DNA of 60,693 nucleotides, the filler included, from Basidiobolus ranarum (lineage: Eukaryota): NCBI GenBank assembly GCA_040143965.1. It is 6 parts of 6 records of this genome, joined end to end, with 100 filler letters (N's around TTAATTAATTAA, not from the genome) between each part and the next. Parts side by side here need not be neighbours in the genome. Positions count along the whole stretch, not along the records: positions 40,563 to 50,580 come from JASJQH010007628.1; positions 50,681 to 60,693 come from JASJQH010007629.1; 4 more parts are not named here. The stretch is one strand, 5' to 3'. Shown here piece by piece: positions 42,237 through 54,156 of the stretch (position 1 is its first letter; every line of letters begins with the position of its first letter). A program made the translations under genes and the position numbers. The notes beneath the pieces were generated by a model. The model searched no databases. It saw nothing but the letters and a program-made list of their open reading frames with translations, and was not told the origin of the DNA.

Positions 42237-44207
42237 CTGCAATTACTATTTATCAAACTCAACACCATTCTCCAGTAGCATTCAGCATAACTAGGCACCA
42301 TCACTCATAACTAATAGAAGAAAAGGAGCCGAAGGTTTGGTATGTTGTCACATGGCACAAGTCCATGGAAAAGTTGTTTCTAATAGGTGCATTAGCAATC
42401 TTACGATTACCAGTATATACAATGAGATATAGATCTGCCACCTTGGTTTTACATGAGTTCGTATTTGTTGTTTATCCGCAGAGAATATTCACGATCTCAA
42501 AACCTCTCATGCTAATCATGTACTATCTGCGTTCGCTAGCCAACCTCAACCGCTTGAAGTTGAATGTGATGGATTATAAGCACAACATTACTTTATTTCT
42601 GATTCTCGCGTGTAAATCCAAAACTCGCCATCGAAAGTATATAAATATATGTAAGAATTTAGAACTACAAGCCAGATCTAAACCCTTCAAGGACAACCTG
42701 TATTAGAGGAAAAGGAAACTTTGGGTTTAGCTACTATTGAAAGAGAGATACTTGTCAGTTTGAGCATAGAAGGTCCACCAATGATGCCTTCTCGTGACGA
42801 TAAGATACAGCTATCTTAGGTATGTTCATTGCATATATATGAGCTCCTCTTTTACTTACATCTGTGTAGACTCAAGTTTGCCACTGATTCAGTAGAGAGA
42901 ATTTCTTCAGTTAGTATTACTTTGATGCCTACCTATATGACACCTTGTCGGACTTGGTGACCCTGCTCGAGGTGTTGGAGGATCTACACTTTTAATAGCT
43001 ATACCCTGCAATTGCTGCTCCTGAGTCTCAAGGTCGTTCGCCAATGAGCTTAAGATCAGTTCCACTAGGTGACCTCTGACTGGTATACTAGGACGTCCTC
43101 CTAGCTTTCGAGACTTGTCCCTGAGTAAATACCTCGAAACAAGAGCCCTCTGGGTCTCCTCAGTCTCCAGGTCGTATTCAGTAAAAATTAGACTAAAAAA
43201 CGATATTTCTGTTGATGCGGGGACTAAACTGGCACGTATTAACATGTCTCCAGTTCAAGACATGGAATATGTTTCATATGTACTATTCTTACTTCAAATC
43301 AATGCATATTCAGGTTCACAACAATCTTACCAACCGAAGTGACTGCTTCTGATCTTATCAATAAACGAGAGAATCTTAATTATATCCATCTGATTTTCGC
43401 CCATTCTGCTAATCTAGTACGTTCGTTGCCTCCAGCTACCAAACCCAAGCTTTATCGTCATTCAGAGCTGAGTTACTGGAACCTGCTCAAGTCCCAAAAA
43501 ATGGTTAGTGATACCATGTCACAAATGGATATCCATTGCTTAACTCTGCGTACTTTTTTCCAATTGGCCAATTCAATGCTCGGAGTCCATCTTCTCGTAG
43601 CTTATTTTGTAAAGAGTGTGGGGTTATTTCCGGATCGAATCAACTACATTATATTTTTGTGATCGAAGTTATATTCAGTGTCAATGTAATAACCACTTCG
43701 TGACGTGAAAACACAGTGAAACGTTGTTAGCCCAATATTGGAGATTAGTGTAATTGGGGGATAATGGCACTCAAACTCTGATATGCTTAACCTGATAATT
43801 CCGATGTATGGATTATTTATTAATGTGAGAATACTATAATGATGTAAGTGATTGATAGTCCTTAGTTCCATATTCGACCAATGATATCGAGAGAAAAGGC
43901 AAAACAATTGATTTCCGATCTATCATTTGTTTATATGCATATAAGCGGTTCTTTGAAGTGAGCAGTTTCATCTTTGCCAATAATTCCTTCTCACGGCCAT
44001 ATTCCTTTACATCTTTCATCTAGAGTTTCCTCCATCTTAAGCTTCTTTTAGAGGTGTTTACTGTCCTTGATTTGATTGTCTTACACACATCGCCTCCAGG
44101 ACTATCTACAACACTACAATACTCATCTCTTTAACCTCACTCCGCCTTTAGCTATAAACTTCACCTCTTCACTTAGGCCAACCCAATTTCTGGCTTGATA
44201 GTACGGG

Positions 44208-44985
44208 ATGACTTATCTCCGCAGAAAATTAGTTATTGTTGGGGATGGGGCATGCGGTAAAACATGTCTTCTTATGGTATATGCGAAGAACGAATTTCCT
44301 GCGGTATTTTTAAATTGTGTTTTTACTACCCATTCCAGGCTTACGCTAATGTCCTCATCTCACTTTAGACATACGCCCCTACTGTTTTTGAAAACTACGT
44401 TGCTCGTGTCCAAGTTAGTCGTAAAGTCATAGACTTATCCTTGTGGGATACAGCAGGACAAGAAGAATATGATCGTCTTCGTCCTCTTTCTTACCCAGAA
44501 ACTCATGTTGTTCTCTTGGCATTCGGCATTGATAATCCTATTTCTTTGAGCAATATTGCTGAAAGGGTACGTTTATACATGTACAAATATTATTCCATAC
44601 TAGAGTAATTAATTAGATTTTCTCAATTCAAGTGGCACCCCGAAATTGAGCATTTTTTGAAAAATGTTCCATTCTTTCTAATCGGTTGTAAACAAGATCT
44701 TCGTCAGGACTCTTCTACTATTGCTAGTCTCACTAGACGAGGAATGGCCCCTGTCACATATCAAGAGGTGACTTATTTTAACCATATGACAATTGAGTTT
44801 GTGCCGATACTAATTATTTCTACTATTGACAGGGTGAAACTATGGCACGTCAAATCCAAGCACGGCGTTACCTGGAATGTTCCGCTAAGCTTGGTATCGG
44901 AGTCGAGGAAGTATTTGAGGCCGCTGCGCGAGCCGCCATTAGCCTCGGCACTAAAAAGGTTATGCGAAGTTGCGTCGTCTTATAG
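44208..44985 (+). CDS. Rho-family small GTPase; 4 exons
   Basis: [64 protein letters not shown] and C-terminal [14 protein letters not shown]. Confidence 0.95.
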
Positions 44986-45516
44986 TCATGGATGCAGATC
45001 ACCTATGTCATCGTGTGACTTCGTTTTATAGAGCAAAACTTGCCACTAATACGTCGGTTATATCCTACTCATCACGATATATATATTGTCTATACATCGC
45101 CTCGGAGTTGGTGACGATATATCATTGTTCATTCGATTATCTCAAATTTTGTTTATAATAAAGCTCTATTCTGTTACGATATATATATATATACTTTGGT
45201 GAATATTGCGATTACGAATGTAAACCAACCTTAGAATTTAATCAAGTTCTAACCACGCATAATCGAATGGAATATCCTTATATACTTGATTCATCATCGA
45301 TCGCTCCAGATTAGATCAGCTTGGAATTTTTTAAACCAATTCCGGGATGAGAAATCCAAACCAGTCAGGTCATAAAAAGGAATACTTATTTTGAGAGATT
45401 CTTCATATTCTGAACCTACTCGGGACCCAGAGTCAAATGAATAGGAATAAATCTTTTGGTGGTCCGTAGGAAGAGTCCTTCTTTCCCAACATACAAACGT
45501 GGTAACTAGTTTGAAA

Positions 45517-46297
45517 ATGGTGAGTTTCTCATTACAATATTTTAAGCAATTTCGTCGGGTTGTAAGTGATGTGTATGGATGTGTCAACACCAGGAAGGAA
45601 TGACATGGAGTATGTATGCTCGCAAGTTCCTAAACTAACTTGTGAATCTGTCATCCATCGAGTTGCTTTCACGCATCCATCGTATTCATTCAATCAAAAC
45701 ACATCGCCCGTTGAAAATTCCACCAAATTATTAGCATCATCATTTCTGACTATGTTATCTCATTAGGCTGCCGAAGCTTCCCCTTCTACCAACACCATGC
45801 GTGAGTTGCGTATTGAGAAACTTGTTCTTAACATTTGTGTCGGTGAATCTGGTGATAGACTTACCAGAGCTGCCAAGGTTTTGGAACAATTGACTGGTCA
45901 AACCCCCGTATACTCCAAGGCTCGTTATACTGTTCGTTCCTTCAGCATTCGTCGTAACGAAAAGATTGCTGTTCACACTACTGTCCGTGGTCCTAAGGCC
46001 GAAGAGATCTTGGAACGTGGTCTCAAGGTTAAGGAATACGAATTGAAGAAGTCTAACTTCTCTAGCACCGGTAACTTCGGTTTCGGTATTCAGGAACATA
46101 TCGATTTAGGTATCAAGTATGATCCTTCTATCGGTATTTACGGTATGAACTTCTTTGTTGTCTTGGGTCGCCCTGGATTCCGTGTCTCCCGTAGAAAGAG
46201 ATGTCAATCCAAGGTTGGTTTCTCTCACCGTGTTACTAAGGAGGAGACCCAAAAGTGGTTCAAGCAAAAGTATGATGGTATCCTCTTGAACAAATAA
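45517..46297 (+). CDS. RPL11: 60S ribosomal protein L11 (uL5); exon 1 is the ATG alone (45517-45519), intron 45520-45766
   Basis: [49 protein letters not shown]...[17 protein letters not shown], with strongly biased codons. AAAATG|GTGAGT donor, CTGAC branch and CATTAG acceptor give [15 protein letters not shown]. Confidence 0.97.
45548..45719 (+). promoter_or_regulatory. Predicted long nested stem-loop in RPL11 intron
   Basis: Several ordered complementary segment pairs found by eye (detailed in findings). Confidence 0.6.
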
Positions 46298-48245
46298 GCA
46301 CCTTAGCTCATTCCAATGATGTATCTAGTTACTAATACCATGATACATACACGATTGATTCCGAATCCTAAGTACTTGTCAATAAAAAAATACTTATCAT
46401 TCACTTCAACTTCATTTACGAGTATTTAATATAATTGCTACGGTTACAGGCTTTCTAAGTGTCTACAGAGAGTAAACCGTGTTGTGGCAATTACAATGAT
46501 AGTTTTGTTCATTCTCAAGTTAATGCACCCTCACGTTTACTTCCATCCCTTAAGACTGATATGTATATGGTTGATGTATCTTTACGCAGAGATTTTAACT
46601 AAAAGAGTTTTTCATAGTATCTCAAGCCAAAGGTTATTGCCAACTTTAACTTTTAGTTTCATTGAAATCTGATTCTGTCAGGCTGTTTTGACGAAAATGA
46701 TTGATTTTGTTGGCGTGTGTGATATTAATAGATCATGGAAGCCATCGTAATAGAGAGAAGCCAATAAGCTCTATATTCGCAACTTGGTAGTATTCTCTTT
46801 AGCTTGATATCTATACTACGGAGGACACCACCAATTAAACGAGAGTAATCCATATTACTTACAGACGAACCACTCTGATTGTAGATTTGATAAAGCAAGT
46901 GTTATCTAGGTTATGTTTCAGAAATCTAGTTCCTATCTGTATTTTCCCTTTTCAAAAGCTGATCTTGCTCTGGAAAAACTGAAACTTACCTTTCCTGTGT
47001 AGAGCCTCTAATTGATCATGAAGAGTGATTTTCAGGTATTCTTTTGTCATTCTCTATGTGTCATCCAATATGTCATAGTATATCGAAACTCATGTATTGG
47101 CTTCAACTAGTTAAATATTATGAGGATATGTGCTTTTGTAAACGTTATATTACCTAAAAGTCATTAGCAAGCATCATAGTTCCAAGTACCAAGGTGGAAA
47201 TTGAATTGATCTCGTGGGGACAAGAATCACTGTGATCTCATTGCAAAGTGTTCAATACAAACACAGGAAAAGTGGACATTATGAAGAGAAACCGGAATAA
47301 CCATGATCATGAGTCAACTAGGAATACCTTTGGTTTATGTACGATACTCGTAGGTAGCATTTACGGAGTTTTCATATGTTGTTAAAACTACGCCAATAGG
47401 GTGATAGGTGGGACATTAGAAAACTGCTCATTGGATTAGTGTAGTTTAGATTAAATGCTAAGATTAGATACCAAAGCAGCAACTAAGAAGTACAACTTTG
47501 GGATTGACTAATAGATGTATACCAAGTGAACTCAGAGGAAAGCTCATTTACAAACACCAGTTCAATTTTTGAATGGTAGAAGATAGCGCTAAAATTTGTA
47601 TACATTACAGGCACACAAATGTCCCATCTGTAGAGGAACCCCGATTTTACTCCCCCAACTCAGTGATTAACACTGTTTCTCGATAGTTCCACCACGATAT
47701 TAGTACAGAATCATGTAACGGAGCCCGAAGAGATGAAATCCTTCAAAGAGTGGTGGGAATAACCAATACGAACTACACAAAATTTCAACGACAGCAAATT
47801 ACCTGTATCTGCTATCATGTACAAGACAGAATCCTCGGCGGTGAAAGGGAGGTCAAACTTTGCATGTGTAACTGGTCCATTTTGTGGCTACCTTTAACAA
47901 GCATCTTTGAAGGGCGTAGAGTTTACTGGCCCTTCTAGCCTCTAGCTTTATTTACCTTCCTCATGTATAGCTACATAACATGGCTTGTGGAACCGTATGA
48001 AATCATGAGACTCCCATGGATAGAGTACTATTATAAATACTGATGATGATTTGATCTTTTTGACTTTTCTCTACTTGATCAAAATAAATACCATTAATGG
48101 AAATCTAACTAGGATTCAATACAAAGCGGGATAACCCGTTGAAAAACTCCTCATAGCATGGGCTTATACAAGATGCCGGAGTAGGTGGTTTGCATCGTTC
48201 TATCCAAGTGAATGAGAGACATCTGCTAGTAGAGGTATCCAGCGG

Positions 48246-48358
48246 ATGATGCAAGGATAAGGCTGCAATTACCATTGTGGTGGCTCGTGTGCGACAAAGT
48301 GCGCTCTAGCTAATGATGTTAGGATAAGGCTGCAATTACCATTGTAATGGCTCATGTG
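48246..48358. repeat. Imperfect direct repeat, two ~46-nt copies 67 nt apart
   Basis: ATGATGCAAGGATAAGGCTGCAATTACCATTGTGGTGGCTCGTGTG at 48246 and ATGATGTTAGGATAAGGCTGCAATTACCATTGTAATGGCTCATGTG at 48313. Confidence 0.9.
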
Positions 48359-49877
48359 AAACCCGTTATATGTCGAAATCCCCTTAAGGAGGAAATCGCT
48401 CTCAATCTTGGAAGTGTAACCTGTTAGAGGCTACGGATTAACAATCGGGATTGACAGATCACGGCATTTGTGGGCGTATCCCCAACGGATAATCACTGTT
48501 CACCTAGATTTAGGTAAACTAGCTACCCCAACTCTGTTTGATTTGGGAGTCTGTGGGGTCGACCAGCAGAGAGGGACCTACATGTTTCGATTGATTCATA
48601 TCCTCCGTCTATTGATACGATACTGTGGACCAACCCGGCCCAAACAATCCGAAGCAGTAGATCGCCATGTATTGATGGATAGTTGCTATACAATCATAAG
48701 CAGGCCCCCCTACTGGCTGGATAGTATTTTAACTTGGCTCTTACGATAATCCGATGAGAGTATACGGAGTTGACATCTCGGAAAGGTTAAATATGGATTT
48801 GAAAGCCATGGGGAGCAGCATCGGAAACCAGCTGACTCCATAGTCCTGATACTTGCTTGATTTCCAGGAGGGTCGGTGTAGAGATAACCAATCTTCCCTA
48901 ATTGCGCGCATTTTACCGAATCTTTACCCACGATCAATTCCCATGGATGAGATCTTGAATCTGCTACTAAATTCTAACAAGGCGGATTAAATCATCGAAT
49001 ACCAGGGTTTTGCCGTTTATTTGTACGCCAATCATTACCACATCAACACTGATGTGCCGCGCCAGCACCAAGATTATCAATAGATCCTAGAGGAAAAAGT
49101 GCAAAATACGGTGGGAAGTAGCTGCAATGTTGGTTACTAATTTTCGTTGCTCAAACTGATGTTTCTCTGTGTAACCCCTGGCTCTTCTCAAAACAGCTGT
49201 TGACAGGCGTTATCTTAACCACAAAAGTGCCTCCTTTCGTGTGCAAAATCGATCTACGTAGTAATAGTAGGTGGCGGTGGATCATCCTGGACAGTTCAAC
49301 TAATCCCGATGAAAGCGTTGTGCAGGCATGGTGATGAAGCCTAGCTGGATACTGGCCCAGACAAGCAACGGGATAAGCTCACGCACCATCATGGGCTTCT
49401 CGGCTCTAGGCAAGGAATGTGTCTCGACATTCAATGAGTTTGTGTTTCATGGTTTCATGTTCCCATCTTCTCTAATAGGCACCGTGAATAAGTTGGAGAT
49501 ACTAAAGCGTTTACTTCATTGTGAGCTAGCCAATCAGCATCGCGAATTCTGGGATTACCCTATGAAAAACTAATCATGGTGAAAACATCATTCAGATGAT
49601 CCTACAGGTGTGGCATCATCTGTCGTTTATATACAAATTATGGTGATTTCATATTAAAAATTGAGTGAAGTGGTCAGACAAGATAATCAGTCCAGTGGCC
49701 GTTTGGATAGGAAACTCGTGAGACTCAGTGGTTCGTCATGAATTTTCCTCTTTATATATCGATGCGAATTTGCTTAGATCTGCCAATTTTATTCTTGACT
49801 CATCTCTTTCTTTCTTTTCCAATCCCTTCCCTTCCTTCCCTCACATCTAGATACACTCGATTCTTTTCTGTAACATT

Positions 49878-50580
49878 ATGCCTGGCACTGACTTGCAAGA
49901 GTCAGACTTGCCAAACAAATTCGACCATGACAGGGCTGTTTCTCAGTTCGCTATATTTGCTGCTGACATAGCCACTTTTACTTGGTATCCACAAGTCGAC
50001 CCTATGACTAGTTCTGCTAGTACCACATTCAAAAATTATTGTCGAAATATGTTGCTTACCACCAAAGTCTCTTCTTCGGTTATCATTCTTGCATTAAAAT
50101 ATATTCAGCGCTTAAAGTTTTTGAATACTGAACTTCATGGTCAACCAGGCTCGGAAATTCGTATTTTCACTGTAGCGTTGGTTCTTGCCAACAAGTATCT
50201 TGACGACAAGGTATTGAACAAACGTATGTGGTCTAGAGTCAGTGGTATTGAAATTAAGGAGCTGAACCGTATGGAACTGGAGTTTCTGGCTTCTATAGAG
50301 TATCGTCTTATGGTTACTAAAGACGATTATTTCAACTGGTTGAAGTTTTTGGAGCACTTTATTACCACTCGAAACCAATATCGTAACAAGTTAAACGAGC
50401 ACCTTATTCCTCCCGAGGAGATGGTTGACTGGTCTCCAGAACAGACGGATATGCATGAGGCTAATCCCGCCCTTCAAGAATTTATTGAGCCGTGTCAAGT
50501 TCGCTTGAATCACAAGACCAAACTCCTCCATACTGACAATACCCACCCTTTGATTTGTTAATAGCGTTGAATACCCACTC
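49878..50580 (+). CDS. Pho80/Pcl-family cyclin-like protein, 3'-truncated at contig edge
   Basis: Cyclin box FKNYCRNMLLTTKVSSSVIILALKYIQRLK...RIFTVALVLANKYLDD....KRMWSRVSGIEIKELNRMELEFLASIEYRLMV. Confidence 0.9.
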
Positions 50581-50680
50581 NNNNNNNNNNNNNNNNNNNN
50601 NNNNNNNNNNNNNNNNNNNNNNNNTTAATTAATTAANNNNNNNNNNNNNNNNNNNNNNNNNNNNNNNNNNNNNNNNNNNN
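50581..50680. other. Artificial 100-nt contig spacer
   Basis: N-run/TTAATTAATTAA/N-run. Confidence 0.98.
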
Positions 50681-50681
50681 G

Positions 50682-50849
50682 CAACTCTACACCTCGGTTG
50701 CCGATGGCAGTGAGACTCGTAGATCATTGGAGAAGAACTCAGAAGAGAACTACCGTGAGGGATTAGAGAAGGAATTGGAAGAGATCCGTCAGAGTGAAAT
50801 GTGGAGAGCTGGTAAGACTGTACGCAGTCTTCGTCCCGAGAACAACTAA
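50682..50849 (+). CDS. ILV5: 3' end of ketol-acid reductoisomerase (not in the ORF track)
   Basis: Manual translation QLYTSVADGSETRRSLEKNSEENYREGLEKELEEIRQSEMWRAGKTVRSLRPENN* matches the characteristic fungal Ilv5 C-terminus (LY.S..G.ET.RSLE.NS...YRE.LEKEL..IR..E.W..GK.VR.LRPEN). Confidence 0.92.
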   Translation, partial: QLYTSVADGSETRRSLEKNSEENYREGLEKELEEIRQSEMWRAGKTVRSLRPENN

Positions 50850-51243
50850 ATTACTCTTCTCATTTTCATATCTTAATGCCAATGCAAATGTATATTTATC
50901 ATTGATTCCCCGGAATATATCATAAAATAAACAATATTACTTAAATTTTCGGTCTTGTCGAAGTACGTATGAATTTATCGTGATTCAGCCACTTGTCTTC
51001 GTTTGGTCTCGAACATACGAATACAACTAGCTTTGGAATGGGTGTAATCGTTGTGACACCGGTCACAGATGCTATCTATCATGACTAAAACATCGGATCA
51101 CAGTAATCCTTCATCTCATCTGTATTGCGCCACAATGATGGTCAAATTGGAATGAATTTATTCTTGTTAGTTTATGTACAGAACGATAGAGATGAACGTG
51201 ATGATTGGGAAATATATGAATGGGGTTAACTACTAATGGGCAG

Positions 51244-52396
51244 TCACCATTTTAGCAATCTTTCACCTTCCCATGTAATAACACCCCCCTTGACTTCATG
51301 ATCCCATACACCTGGTTGATAATCCAGTGAGTATTCTAGATCATCATTTGTCAAGGAATCCCAGTATTTGTAGATCATCATCACGGAAAACAAAGTGGCT
51401 AATATTGTGAAGAACAAACTATCGGTGTAATGGGATAACAATTCACATACATCCGGACCAAAGTAATTGAACAATACTTGTCCAGCAATAAATGAGACGG
51501 TAGAAAGAAATATCACACCTAAAGAGAAGCGATATGTTAGTAAACCTTCTACCATTAACAACCTATAGAATCTTACAAACCTAACGGCCAACGATCCGAC
51601 AAAGTCTTTAGGATTAGGAGGACTTGTAGCAGAACGTATAAAGCTAATGCCGCCCCATTTAGCACGTAATATATCACCCAAAGTAGCACTGGACGTTCTG
51701 AGCTCAACCATGGAGTCCAATCTTTAAATGTTCCAATAGAAAATAGAAGAACGATCAAACTAATGAGGCATGTGGAGGCTCTGATAGACCATAAAGATAA
51801 TGCGGTTCCATCTTCAGCGAATTGAAAGCCCACGAATCCGGTCAATAGGAGGCACCATATGGTACCAGAGATCAATCCAAGTTGTACCCCTACAAACCAC
51901 TAAGAAGGGAGATTAGTGACTGGTGAAGATAACCTAAAAGAACAAGACGTACTGGATATGCTGAGGTTGTCACGGATATGAACCCGCTGGTTAACAAGAA
52001 TTCAACGAAGACTGTGATAAGGTAGACATAGAAAAAGCAAAGCATCTCTTCTCGTCCTGTAAGACTAATGTCAATATCAGATACAAGTAGTCTATTGTGA
52101 GCCAAATGCTTACCAACTGCGGTGTACTTGGTGCGTGTACAATAAATGATGAATCCAGTGATGATCATAACTAGAATGTAGACAGCTAGAGTGCCTATAT
52201 AGCGTAATTTTAGTGGCACATCAGGGAAAAGACCAACTCTGGTTTGAAGATTACCTGGGTTGAATATCAAATACCCACCAACATCCAAATTGCGAGCTAT
52301 ACAAGTGGAATATGCCCTTTCTTGAATAGGTCCAACCAAAGGACACAATGGTAGTGACATAGTTTGACACACATGATTAAACTGTCCAAGTAGCAT
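51244..52396 (-). CDS. CHS7: Chitin synthase export chaperone, multi-exon
   Basis: GQFNHVCQTMSLPLCPLVG, CIARN, RTKYTAVGREEMLCFFYVY, WCLLLTGFVGFQFAEDGTALSLW, TLSDRWPLG, FFTILATLFSVMMIYKYWDSLTNDDLEYS. Confidence 0.93.
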
Positions 52397-52751
52397 GGTT
52401 CAAGTGTTGTAGTAGAGATCTAGAGTAGAACAAGAATGATAACCGAAACAGAGCTACTCTACACTTTACCTAAGAAGTAGTGCAGTAGAGAGATGTGAAC
52501 ATTGCTTTTATAAGTAACCGTTGACGCCGAACATCCATATACGCCCAACTCCAAATCAGACAAGACATTACTTTGGTTCTCATTCGTGCAATCATGGCTA
52601 CCCTTATCTTCATCCCAAAGATTTGCAAAACTAATAAAACGGATTGTGAAGTGGCAGTGTATTGGCGGTATATTAGCGGTATATTAATTTCTTTCATCTC
52701 GTATAGTGCCAATGGCAATTAAAGTGGCGCCAGGTCGATCAGATACAAATG

Positions 52752-52826
52752 AATCAATAGCAATAGAATAGAAATCAATAGCAATAGAATAGAAATCAAT
52801 AGCAATAGAATAGAAATCAATAGCAA
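52752..52826. repeat. 21-bp minisatellite (AATCAATAGCAATAGAATAGA x ~3.6) downstream of GUK1
   Basis: Perfect copies at 52752, 52773 and 52794, partial copy at 52815. A separate 13-bp duplication ATCAATCCCACAT lies at ~52890-52915. Confidence 0.95.
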
Positions 52827-52935
52827 GCCAGTACATATAATGGACTATATAATAGAAATCAATAGAGATCTACACAAAGAAAAGTGAAAATCAATCCCAC
52901 ATATCAATCCCACATATATTGCCTATTTAGCTTTA

Positions 52936-53846
52936 TTAATGTTTAGTAGAAGAGTCGTCAGTGAACACGAATTCTTTCAGCTTGGAATAGGCAGTATCCA
53001 GCTCATCATTCACGATAATGATATCATGAGATCCAGGTAACTTGGCATAATCCAACTCACCACCAGCTGCATCCAATCTACTCTTCAAACTAGATTCATT
53101 CTCAGTACCTCGTGCACGCAACCTCTTTTCAAGTGATTCCAGGGAAGGTGGTGAAATAAACACAAATCTTGCATTCAAGTTCGATTTTTTCACCGATTTT
53201 ACTCCTTGCTATTGATTCCCGAATATAAGTATATGAAGTGTCAACTTGGAGAATATCATTAATATTTACCATATCAATATCGAGAACACACAATTTTCCA
53301 CTTTTTAATACCTCTTGAATAGAGTCCAAACTAGTGCCTAAACAGTCACTTTTAGTCTTCTTTTTCTTTAAAGATAGCAAAGGAACTGTTAATTACCATA
53401 TAAATTTCCACTGAATTCTGCGTGCTCGATGAACTTTTCTTTGCGGATCTCTTCTTCCATCTTTTCTCTATCTATGAAATGGTAACTTTTCCCGGGGATT
53501 TCACCCGAACGTGGTTGACGTGTTGTATCTATTAAGAGGGAAAGTTTAATAAGGTGTATGTAAAGGCAATGAATACCAACAGTTTCTTCAAGTAGTAACC
53601 AGAAGATATAATAATATTTGAATACCTACGTGACACACTGAAGCCAAACTTCTCCGGATACTCCGCAAACAACTTGGTGAGTAGTGTACTCTTACCACTA
53701 CCAGAAGGGCCTGAGACCACTATGGGTCCTAAAAGAGAAAACCGGCATTAAGAAATATAACAGTATATGATTTTTAGTTGAAACATGTATTTACTAGTAG
53801 AATATGTTCGTACTTGACGACGTAAAAGTGAAGCAAATATTGACAT
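52936..53846 (-). CDS. GUK1: Guanylate kinase, multi-exon, with N-terminal Arg/Ser-rich extension
   Basis: [103 protein letters not shown]. Exon 1 [17 protein letters not shown] splices in frame. Confidence 0.95.
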
Positions 53847-54156
53847 GGTAAAAAGTGTTGAACAGAGTGTGTATGATTCAAGTTAAAAGAATTTTGGAAT
53901 ACGGCGATTCCATAAAAGAGTTACTTTTTTGTTCAGATTGAGAAATTTCAATAATTGAGATTGATCATACTAGATTAAACGTTAGGACTAAAACTGAAAT
54001 TATAATTTGATACTCGAAATCAAATCCCAATTTCTACACCATCAGTTATTCAATATGCATAAATTAAGCGAATAATGAAAAAGACTTGAACTGAGTAACA
54101 TATATTTGTTTAATGTTTTCTATTTGTACGAATAACTTTGGAATTTGGATTCTACT

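Noticed and set aside
43834-44019. RasGEF domain fragment next to the Rho gene
   Set aside because: Only a vague LPFL-type similarity; no other conserved blocks and no coherent gene model.
45560-45750. Box C/D snoRNA in RPL11 intron
   Set aside because: No canonical RTGATGA C box (only GTGATGT), and the CTGA near the end coincides with the branch point.
48246-48358. Mini-CRISPR (repeat-spacer-repeat)
   Set aside because: Only two imperfect units in fungal DNA with no associated genes; kept as a simple direct repeat.
49878-50849. Cyclin continuing across the gap / cyclin-Ilv5 fusion
   Set aside because: The downstream fragment is Ilv5 from an unrelated contig.
52752-52826. CRISPR-like array
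   Set aside because: Contiguous tandem units without unique spacers, eukaryotic context, no cas genes.
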